Notes: generated by a model from the sequence alone, not told the origin. DNA of 20,000 bases from an uncultured virus (IMG/VR IMGVR_UViG_3300020403_000008) (IMGVR_UViG_3300020403_000008), one strand, 5' to 3'. Counted from the first letter of the stretch, positions 7,808-15,310 are shown. Made by a program: numbers and translations.

Positions 7808-9598
7808 ATGGGAGAGAAGTACAGTAAAATAAGAAAATATGTAAATGGCTTTCCAAGAAAAGATGAAGCCGTCAATAGCCCTAACGAGCCTGGGTACATT
7901 CCACCTGTATATGATGCAGGTCCATGTACTACATGTGAGCCAGAGGAAGATGGTGACATTATTGAATGGAGAGGTCATTCTTTTTACTGTGAGCAAGAAG
8001 ATGCTCCCACGCCCACTCCTAGCCCAACTCCTAGTCCTACGCCTAGTCCGACACCTAGTCCTACGCCTACGCCAACACCTACCCCTACACCGACTCCAAC
8101 ACCTAGTCCTAGTCCAGTCCCTGTACCAGCACCTAGTCCAATACCTGCCCCAGCGCCAATACCAGCTCCTTCTGTAGGATATGTATATTATACTGTTAAC
8201 GATTGTGCAAACACTTTTAATGATATTGTAAGAAGCACTTTTTCTCTTTCAACAGGAACTGTTGTAAAAGCCACAGGATTAAGTGGTTGTTTAGAAATAG
8301 GAAATTTAACACAGCCATCAGGCACAAACACTGTATATGAGGAATATACTGATTGTACTGATTGTGGCGCAACAACTCCTACTCCAACACCTAGCCCAAC
8401 ACCTACACCAACACCAGCGCCAGCTCCAATTCCAACGCCAGCGCCTGTGCCTAACCCAACCCCTGCGCCTACACCAGCACCTACTGTTACACCTGTAGTG
8501 CCTACTCCTGTACCTCAACCAACTCCAACGCCTGCGCCTACGCCAGCTCCAACACCTGCGCCAATACCAACGCCAGCACCTACACCAATTCCTAATCCGT
8601 CTCCAACTCCTGCTCCAGCAGCAACACCTTGCTATGAGTTTACTATTGGAAATGATGGAGACCCATTAGAAGACGATTCGTTCACATACAGATTATGTGG
8701 CGGAGGAAATTCATCAGGTTCAATACCATTTGGAGACCAAATCACTGTTTGTGCCGAGTCTTTCTCTCACATAGGAACTTCTCTAACTGTAACAAACACA
8801 TTAGTCCCTTGTTCTGGAAGCCCTGTACCTAGTCCAGTAGCACCTAATCCTGTGCCAACACCAGCACCCACACCAGCACCAGCTGCTACACTTTACTATG
8901 TTGCTTTAGGTAACGGAAACAGCGCTTCATCTGCTTGTAACGATACCTTAAACGACTACTTCTACATAGATAGTGGACAATTAGCTACTGCTAGCGGAAT
9001 ATATTATGATGCTGCGGGTCAGAACCCTGCGCAAGACACGCACTATACGGATGGAAATGGATTCTATGTTGTTTGGAATGGTTCGTCTATCACAAACCTA
9101 CAGTCTTGTCCTTCAGGACCTGCTCCAACAGCTCCTAATCCAGTATATACACCACCTACACCTAACCCTGTATATACACCACCTTCTCCATCACCTGTAG
9201 CGCCTACACCTAATCCTGTAGCACCTACGCCTAATCCTGTAGCACCTACACCTAATCCTGTAGCGCCAACACCTAACCCTGTAGCGCCAACACCTAATCC
9301 TGTGGCTCCCACGCCTACACCAGCGCCAGCACCAACTCCTACACCTGCACCGCAGCCAGTAGCTCCGCAGCCTGTACCGACACCAGCACCATCTTCTACG
9401 CCTGCATACAGAGTTGAAGTTCAAAAGCAAAGTGGAGTCACTTACATGATATTCACATATACTGATTCGTACGGAAACTCTCAGTACAAAAACAGTATGA
9501 ACTCTTATGAATATGTTTGTGCTCAAAACGGTAATATTCAACCTCAGTCAGGAGTACAAGGGTACCAGAACCTATACACAAGTTGTGTTGGTTCGTAA
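7808..9598 (+). CDS. Pro-rich multi-module putative virion appendage protein
   Basis: 596 aa: divergent N-module, a [11 protein letters not shown] motif, and four (X-P)n tracts separating four small Cys-containing domains. Confidence 0.7.
   Translation: MGEKYSKIRKYVNGFPRKDEAVNSPNEPGYIPPVYDAGPCTTCEPEEDGDIIEWRGHSFYCEQEDAPTPTPSPTPSPTPSPTPSPTPTPTPTPTPTPTPSPSPVPVPAPSPIPAPAPIPAPSVGYVYYTVNDCANTFNDIVRSTFSLSTGTVVKATGLSGCLEIGNLTQPSGTNTVYEEYTDCTDCGATTPTPTPSPTPTPTPAPAPIPTPAPVPNPTPAPTPAPTVTPVVPTPVPQPTPTPAPTPAPTPAPIPTPAPTPIPNPSPTPAPAATPCYEFTIGNDGDPLEDDSFTYRLCGGGNSSGSIPFGDQITVCAESFSHIGTSLTVTNTLVPCSGSPVPSPVAPNPVPTPAPTPAPAATLYYVALGNGNSASSACNDTLNDYFYIDSGQLATASGIYYDAAGQNPAQDTHYTDGNGFYVVWNGSSITNLQSCPSGPAPTAPNPVYTPPTPNPVYTPPSPSPVAPTPNPVAPTPNPVAPTPNPVAPTPNPVAPTPNPVAPTPTPAPAPTPTPAPQPVAPQPVPTPAPSSTPAYRVEVQKQSGVTYMIFTYTDSYGNSQYKNSMNSYEYVCAQNGNIQPQSGVQGYQNLYTSCVGS
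8018..8065 (+). repeat. 12-bp coding tandem repeat (PSPT x4)
   Basis: cctagcccaact cctagtcctacg cctagtccgaca cctagtcctacg. Confidence 0.8.
9134..9319 (+). repeat. Coding tandem repeats: 27-bp x2 (PNPVYTPP[T/S]) then 21-bp x~6 (PVAPTPN)
   Basis: 27-mers at 9134 and 9161. 21-mers cctgtagcNccWacRcctaaY at 9194, 9215, 9236, 9257 and 9278, with a degenerate copy at 9299. Confidence 0.85.
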
Positions 9599-9607
9599 AA
9601 AAATTAT

Positions 9608-9623
9608 TAACTTAGTATGATAT
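9608..9623 (+). promoter_or_regulatory. Putative promoter element upstream of the enzyme block (TAACTTAG-TATGATAT)
   Basis: One mismatch to TAnnTTTG. It is followed by the same TATGATAT as the 5872 site and lies in the largest intergenic gap (9599-9642). Confidence 0.35.
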
Positions 9624-9642
9624 TAAAATATAATACAATCAA

Positions 9643-10908
9643 ATGTTCTCAGAAATACCAAATTTTCTCACTCATGATGAGTGCGATTTATTTATACAAT
9701 TAATAGAAAAACAAAACACCCGTTCACAAGTTGCTGGAAGCGGAAGTGATAATTCAAAAATAGAAGATAGTAGGACTTCTTACACTTCTAATTTTGGCGA
9801 AGAAATGTTACTTCCAAAAGCTCTAAAAGAAAGAATTGCAGCTCATTTAGACTTAGATGTTGTAAGAGGTGAAACCTTGCAAGGTCAAAAATACGAAGTA
9901 GGTCAATATTTTAGACCACATCTAGATTGGTTTCAAGGTGATGCATATAACAACCATTGTTTGCATTCTGGAAACAGAACTCACACTTTCATGTTATATC
10001 TAAATGATGATTTTGAAGGTGGAGGTACTGATTTTCCAAACTTAGGTAAAACTGTAAAGCCAGAGAAAGGAAAAGCTGTATTCTGGCGTAACATGGATGA
10101 TAACGGAAACGGTATATCTGATGTTATGCATGAAGGTATGGATGTGACGAAAGGAACTAAATATATAGTTACAAGTTGGTGGAGAGAAAAAGAATTTAAT
10201 GGCGCTGAGAACACAAGGCTTGCAAATGAATTTCATGAAGCACAAAGAAAAGAAAAAGAGTCTAAGGTTGTAAATATTAATTCAGGCACACAAACATTTA
10301 AAACTGTAGATGAGATACCTAGATTTACAGAAAATGGATTTATGAAGGCTAAGGTTCCTCAAGATGTGTGGGGCTTAATTCAGGACTCATACCACTTATT
10401 AAAAGATAAGGAGGTTGCAGAAAAATTTTCAGGAAAAGAAGGCATTATAGATACAATAGTTACTGATGCCGAAAGCAGCACTATTTTAAGTTTTGAGCAT
10501 ATACCAAACATTAGAACTCAAATACATAAAATGTTAATGCCACTACATGAGGAGTGGGCAAAAACAAGGCTAGAACCATCTTTTGTGTATGGTATAAGGT
10601 CTTATCAAAGAGGAGCTACGTTAGCGAAACACGTTGACAGGATAGCGACTCATCACATATCTACTATTATTATTGTAGACAAAGATTTAAAGTGTGGTTG
10701 TCAAACAAAAGAGTTTGGTGATGATTGGGCTTTAGATATACAGGGTCATGACGGAGAGTGGTATGAAGTTTTTGCAGAACCAGGAGAAATGATTTTATAT
10801 GAATCTGCTGTCTGTGAACATGGTAGAAGTAAACCTTTTCAAGGAACAAGCTTCAAGAACTTTTATACACACTACAAGTTAGTTGATTACCAGTATGCGG
10901 GACAATAA
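9643..10908 (+). CDS. Tandem 2OG-Fe(II) dioxygenase: prolyl 4-hydroxylase-like domain plus a second dioxygenase domain
   Basis: Domain 1 has IPNFLTHDEC, RTS, ETLQGQKYEVGQYFRPHLDWF (H93-x-D95), NRTHTFMLYLND..EGGGTDFP, VKPEKGKAVFW, H163 and GTKY (K173), the canonical P4Hc layout. Domain 2 has YGIRSYQRGATLAKHVD (H330-x-D332) and PGEMILYES..CEHGR (H393). Confidence 0.88.
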   Translation: MFSEIPNFLTHDECDLFIQLIEKQNTRSQVAGSGSDNSKIEDSRTSYTSNFGEEMLLPKALKERIAAHLDLDVVRGETLQGQKYEVGQYFRPHLDWFQGDAYNNHCLHSGNRTHTFMLYLNDDFEGGGTDFPNLGKTVKPEKGKAVFWRNMDDNGNGISDVMHEGMDVTKGTKYIVTSWWREKEFNGAENTRLANEFHEAQRKEKESKVVNINSGTQTFKTVDEIPRFTENGFMKAKVPQDVWGLIQDSYHLLKDKEVAEKFSGKEGIIDTIVTDAESSTILSFEHIPNIRTQIHKMLMPLHEEWAKTRLEPSFVYGIRSYQRGATLAKHVDRIATHHISTIIIVDKDLKCGCQTKEFGDDWALDIQGHDGEWYEVFAEPGEMILYESAVCEHGRSKPFQGTSFKNFYTHYKLVDYQYAGQ

Positions 10909-13465
10909 ATATATTTCTTTTGACCCGTGGTGGGGTGGTTTCTCTAACATAAGAATGACGTATGAATTAGTAGGAGCTTTATCTGTTATAACTGGTAGAA
11001 CAATAATTTTACCTCACAGAATATATTGTTTGTTTTTATCAGAATGGCAAGATAAAAAAACATGGTTTGACATGTTTGATGCTTTAGATAAAAAAAAATT
11101 CAGAAAGCATTTTGATTGTATAGAATATTATGACATTCCAGAATATGAAAATCTTGAAAACGATGCGCAATATTTCGAAAATGTTTCGTCTATTGCGAAA
11201 GTTATTACTTTTGGCGACAAAGACGGAAAACTAGGTCCTATGAAAGGTCCTGATAATGATTATGTCTTAACATGTGGCATAGAGGACCAAAGCGAGTTTG
11301 ATGTTTTTAAAGGCGACAGACAAGTTATAGACTTAGAGTGTGATGATAAATTTATACACTTCCCTAGAAACTTGTTTGGTCATTTTTATTACCATGTTTA
11401 TGGTAAAACACCTATTATTAGAAACAGGATTAAAGAAAAAGTAAACTTAGGTATACAATACAAACCTGATATTTTTGATAAAGCCAAACAAATAACAGAC
11501 AAATTAGGAACATTTAATGCTATTCATGTTAGAAGAAATGATTTTCTGCAAGTAAGAAAAGATATTGCAGAAGCTCAAACTAATAATCTTTTAGATGACA
11601 TTTCTGACAGAGTGCCTAACGACAAACCACTATTTATAGCAACAGACGAAAAAGACAAGTCTGTGTTTTTGCCATTAAAAAAAAGATACAATGTATTATA
11701 CCTTACTGATTTTCCACAATCAGGAGTAAATGATACAGATGATTTGCTTTTAGACCAAGTTGTATGCTCTCAAGCAGATATATTTTTAGGCAGTCATTTA
11801 TCTACTTTTTCTGACTATGTAAACATTATTAGAGGTCAGCAAAACAAAAAAGATTTTCATAGAGAAGGCACTAATTTTAACAGACCCAAGTTATCATATA
11901 ATAGGTTTCCATGGGAAGTGGAAGAATATGGATGGGATAAAACCTGGAGCTTTCACTGGGAATATGAGCAATCATACTTTAACATAGCCGTATATGGGTC
12001 TCACAACGCTTCTGTTGCATTATCTTATAAAGCTGATGTTCTTGAGGTGGTAGAGCTAGAAAGGTTTGTAAACAAAAAAAATGCAGCGTTTTATTTCCAT
12101 TTTCCAGAAGAAAATCCAGATGAATTAACCCTACAGATACATAATTATTTTGTAAAAAAATATGGTAGCTACGTGTATGATAATTGCTTATATAATAGCT
12201 GTGTAACTAACATAAATGTTTTGCCTGCTAAAAACTTTGAGTGGGTAGGTCATCACCTTGCTCATGTCAATAATGTTATATTTCAATCTCCAGCAACAAA
12301 AAGCTTGAATATATCTTTTGATGGGGGTTCTGATGAAGGACATTTTAATATATATAGGACTGAATCAGATAAGTTGCCGCAAAAAATATTTTCTACAAAA
12401 CAAGATATATGCGTTCCTTATGCTGCCGTAGCGCACTACCTATCTCCAATAAAACAAGAAGAAAACTGGTGGTGGGGCAACTTAGTGTACGCAGGAAAAC
12501 TTATGGGGTTATCTGCCTACGGTACAGTTAATCAGGATGATTACGACAAAATGTATCGTTATTTTAAGATGCAACAAACAGACAACGTAAACACAGCACA
12601 TGAAAACTTTCAAAGAGTATTTAATGTAACTCCTGAAAAAAGATTTAACGAAAAAGAATCTTATGATTTAGCTGCTGCTACACAAAAAGTTTTTGAAGAT
12701 ATATTTAAAGAAATTGTAGAGCCTTTTGTAGAAACACATAAAGATTATGAATTACAATTTAGTGGAGGTGGCGCTCTAAACGTAATAAACAATGCTAAGT
12801 GGGATGCTTTTGTTAGTCCTAATCCTGATGACAGGGGACTGTCTGTTGGCATGTTGTTCCATAAAATAAAACCTGGTCACGTTGTTGACACAAAGTATTT
12901 AGGTTCAGATATGTTTGGCTTATATACTCAATATAAACCTTACAGTATTGATGAAATGTGTGAGGATTTAGTAGAAGGTAAAATTATTGGTTTGTGCCAA
13001 GGACGTGGAGAGCACGGAGCAAGAGCGTTATGTAACAGAAGTATTTTATGTTTACCTAAAGAGGGTTTCAAAGAAAAACTTAATGACCAAGTAAAACATA
13101 GAGAGGCTTTCAGACCTTTCGCACCTGTATGTCGAAAGGAGGACGCTAACACGTGGTTTGATTTTGGAAAGTACACCGAATATATGAGTCACAACGCTAT
13201 AGTTAAAAATGTAAATAAAAGTATACAATCTATAATTCACAAAGATTATACCGCTAGGCTGCAAACAGTCACCTCGTCATCAAATCCTTTTATTTATTTA
13301 CTCTTGACTAGAATGAAGGAATTAGGTCATGACCCAATACTAATTAATACATCATTTAATGTAATGGGAAAACCTATAATAAACCAGTGGGAAGAAGCTA
13401 TAAGTATGCTAAATGACACTGGATTAGATGTATTAACGGACGGTAAAAACAAAATATATGGATAG
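10895..13465 (+). CDS. Fusion: O-fucosyltransferase-like GT-B domain + NodU/CmcH/TobZ-family O-carbamoyltransferase
   Basis: The N-domain has GGFSNIRM...GRTIILP, AIHVRRNDF, LFIATDE and DQVVCSQADIFLGSHLSTFS (POFUT/O-FucT motifs). From ~11978 come SHNAS, ELERF, HHLAH, SFDGG, GKLMGLSAYG, SGGGALN, GARALCNRSIL, KHREAFRPFAP, TARLQTV and NTSFN. ATG 10895 is preferred over the TTG at 10883 used in the ORF track. Confidence 0.88.
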   Translation: MRDNKYISFDPWWGGFSNIRMTYELVGALSVITGRTIILPHRIYCLFLSEWQDKKTWFDMFDALDKKKFRKHFDCIEYYDIPEYENLENDAQYFENVSSIAKVITFGDKDGKLGPMKGPDNDYVLTCGIEDQSEFDVFKGDRQVIDLECDDKFIHFPRNLFGHFYYHVYGKTPIIRNRIKEKVNLGIQYKPDIFDKAKQITDKLGTFNAIHVRRNDFLQVRKDIAEAQTNNLLDDISDRVPNDKPLFIATDEKDKSVFLPLKKRYNVLYLTDFPQSGVNDTDDLLLDQVVCSQADIFLGSHLSTFSDYVNIIRGQQNKKDFHREGTNFNRPKLSYNRFPWEVEEYGWDKTWSFHWEYEQSYFNIAVYGSHNASVALSYKADVLEVVELERFVNKKNAAFYFHFPEENPDELTLQIHNYFVKKYGSYVYDNCLYNSCVTNINVLPAKNFEWVGHHLAHVNNVIFQSPATKSLNISFDGGSDEGHFNIYRTESDKLPQKIFSTKQDICVPYAAVAHYLSPIKQEENWWWGNLVYAGKLMGLSAYGTVNQDDYDKMYRYFKMQQTDNVNTAHENFQRVFNVTPEKRFNEKESYDLAAATQKVFEDIFKEIVEPFVETHKDYELQFSGGGALNVINNAKWDAFVSPNPDDRGLSVGMLFHKIKPGHVVDTKYLGSDMFGLYTQYKPYSIDEMCEDLVEGKIIGLCQGRGEHGARALCNRSILCLPKEGFKEKLNDQVKHREAFRPFAPVCRKEDANTWFDFGKYTEYMSHNAIVKNVNKSIQSIIHKDYTARLQTVTSSSNPFIYLLLTRMKELGHDPILINTSFNVMGKPIINQWEEAISMLNDTGLDVLTDGKNKIYG

Positions 13466-14312
13466 AATATTTTTAAGCATAGCATCATACAGAGACCCAG
13501 ACTTAATAAACACAATAAAAGACGCACACAAAAGAGCTGACAACCCTGACAGAGTAACATTTGGAATATTGTTTCAAGGCACTAAAGAAGAGATTAACAA
13601 TTTTCTTTCACAAGCTGTAGGAAAAATCAACATTAAGTTTGTACATCATAAAGAAACAAAAGGAACGGGGTGGGCAAGAAACATTCTTACAAGAGATATG
13701 TTGCAAGATGAAGAGTATTGGTTACAAATAGATTCACACACAAGATTTATAAATGGATGGGACACGAAGCTTATCGACTTCTACAACAAGATAGGAGAAG
13801 ATTGTTTGGTTTCAGCATATCCCCCACACTTTGGAATGAATGAGTCTTATGATGTATACACAACTAAAACAGTGAATAACAGAGCATTAGTAGAGGGATT
13901 TACTGATGTCTTTAGCTTTGAAAACACAGTAGGAAAAGTTCCTGTAGAAGAATATGAAGATTCAATAACAGCCGCTGGAGCTTTTCAATTTGCAAAAAGA
14001 CATGTAGCTAAGGCGCTGACATTTGATGCGTACTTTAATCCTTGGATGGACCAAGAAATATCTTCTTGCCTAGCGTGGATGAATGGATATAATATTTATG
14101 CGCCTAGAGATGCTGTTTTGTGGCACTGCTATGAAGATAATCATATAGGCTCTGATGAAAAATGGAGAGGTTTAGTTGCTGACGAAGTAAAAGTAACTGG
14201 TTATGAAGACAAGCCATTTGACATTATAAAGCACTGGCACACAAAAAGGAATTGGAACCAATGGAAGGATAGGGTTCTTGTAGATATTAATGATTTAAAA
14301 AACGAACAATGA
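13458..14312 (+). CDS. GT60 / Gnt1-like polypeptide (hydroxyproline or Thr/Ser) GlcNAc-transferase
   Basis: IFLSIASYRDP, KGTGWARN, EEYWLQIDSHTRF..GWD..LI (DSH motif), SAYPP and GYNIYAP...LWHCY match the Skp1-HyPro GlcNAc-transferase family pattern. There is no signal anchor. Confidence 0.82.
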   Translation: MDRIFLSIASYRDPDLINTIKDAHKRADNPDRVTFGILFQGTKEEINNFLSQAVGKINIKFVHHKETKGTGWARNILTRDMLQDEEYWLQIDSHTRFINGWDTKLIDFYNKIGEDCLVSAYPPHFGMNESYDVYTTKTVNNRALVEGFTDVFSFENTVGKVPVEEYEDSITAAGAFQFAKRHVAKALTFDAYFNPWMDQEISSCLAWMNGYNIYAPRDAVLWHCYEDNHIGSDEKWRGLVADEVKVTGYEDKPFDIIKHWHTKRNWNQWKDRVLVDINDLKNEQ

Positions 14313-15292
14313 AGACAGCTTTAGTTTTAGGTGGTGGAGGTTTTATAGGCTCACACCTTGTTAAAAGATTAAAAGAAGAAGGCTACTATGTTAGAGCAGT
14401 AGACTTAAAAAAACCTGAATTTTGGAAAACAGCAGCAGACGACTTTATTATAGGAGATTTGAGGTGGAGTCATATATGCTCTGCCGCATTTAGACCTTTA
14501 GAAGACAAAAGAAGGTTTGATGAAGTTTATCAGCTTGCTGCTGATATGGGTGGCGCTGGTTATCTGTTTACTGGTGATAGTGATGCAGATATTATGCACA
14601 ACTCTGCCTTAATAAACCTGAATGTGTTAAGAGAGTGTGTTCTTGAAGAGCATGCTCCTAAAAAAATATTCTATGCAAGTAGCGCCTGTGTGTATCCAGA
14701 GTACAATCAACTGGACCCAGAAAGCCCAAAATGTACAGAAGACAGTGTATATCCTGCTGAACCTGACTCTGAATATGGATGGGAAAAATTGTTTAGTGAG
14801 AGAATGTATATGGCTTTTGCAAGAAATAAAAACTTAAATGTAAGGATAGGGAGATTTCATGGAATCTTTGGACCATACGGAACATGGAATGACGGAAAAG
14901 AAAAAGCCCCTGCTGCAATATGCAGAAAGGTTGCGGAGTCAAACGATAGCATAGATATATGGGGAGACGGAGAGCAAACAAGGTCTTTTATGTATATAGA
15001 CGATGCTATTGACACAGTGCGTAAATTTATGATGAATGAAGGATTTCAAGGACCAATGAATATAGGTTCTGAAGAAATGGTGTCTATAAATAACTATGCA
15101 CGCATAGTAATGGAAGTTGCAAAAAAAGATTTGGATATTGTGCACATAGAAGGTCCTCAAGGTGTGAGAGGAAGAAACTCAGACAACACATTAATGGAGC
15201 AAGAATTGAACTGGACTCCAGGGGGTAGTCTTAGAGATGGTGTACAAAAAACGTACAAGTGGATTGAAGAGCAGGTGCAAAAACTGTCTTAG
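14309..15292 (+). CDS. GDP-mannose 3,5-epimerase-like NAD-dependent epimerase (extended SDR)
   Basis: GGGGFIG, QLAADMGGAG, YASSACVYP, YGWEK (YxxxK), EKAPAAICRK, WGDGEQTRSF and GPQGVRGRNSDN. ATGA overlap with the upstream gene. Confidence 0.88.
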   Translation: MKTALVLGGGGFIGSHLVKRLKEEGYYVRAVDLKKPEFWKTAADDFIIGDLRWSHICSAAFRPLEDKRRFDEVYQLAADMGGAGYLFTGDSDADIMHNSALINLNVLRECVLEEHAPKKIFYASSACVYPEYNQLDPESPKCTEDSVYPAEPDSEYGWEKLFSERMYMAFARNKNLNVRIGRFHGIFGPYGTWNDGKEKAPAAICRKVAESNDSIDIWGDGEQTRSFMYIDDAIDTVRKFMMNEGFQGPMNIGSEEMVSINNYARIVMEVAKKDLDIVHIEGPQGVRGRNSDNTLMEQELNWTPGGSLRDGVQKTYKWIEEQVQKLS

Positions 15293-15301
15293 ATAAATTA
15301 G

Positions 15302-15310
15302 TAAATTTGT
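15302..15310 (+). promoter_or_regulatory. Putative Bacteroidota-type -7 promoter element (TAAATTTG)
   Basis: Exact TAnnTTTG at 15302-15309, ending 4 nt before ATG 15314, where the structural backbone resumes. Confidence 0.45.

Noticed and set aside
3532..9200. Alternative-frame + strand ORFs rich in Leu/Gln/His (3532, 7021, 7845, 9006)
   Set aside because: These are frame-shifted readings of low-complexity repeats with no independent support.
9194..9319. Possible CRISPR-like array
   Set aside because: The repeats are contiguous, have no spacers, vary at third codon positions and are coding.
4083..9598. Diversity-generating retroelement or invertible shufflon behind the paralogous modules
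   Set aside because: No reverse transcriptase or recombinase is in the window, there is no near-identical TR/VR pair with adenine-specific differences, and all modules are co-oriented with no inverted repeats noticed.
10883..10894. TTG start given by the ORF track for the fusion gene
   Set aside because: ATG at 10895 gives a shorter overlap with the upstream gene and starts just before the first conserved strand (KYISFD).
9643..15292. Enzyme block as a DNA hypermodification or host LPS/capsule-conversion locus
   Set aside because: Not excluded, but disfavoured. The dioxygenase is P4H-like rather than TET/JBP-like, GT60 and O-FucT families act on proteins, no membrane or flippase components are present, and the block sits within the tail module next to Pro-rich proteins.
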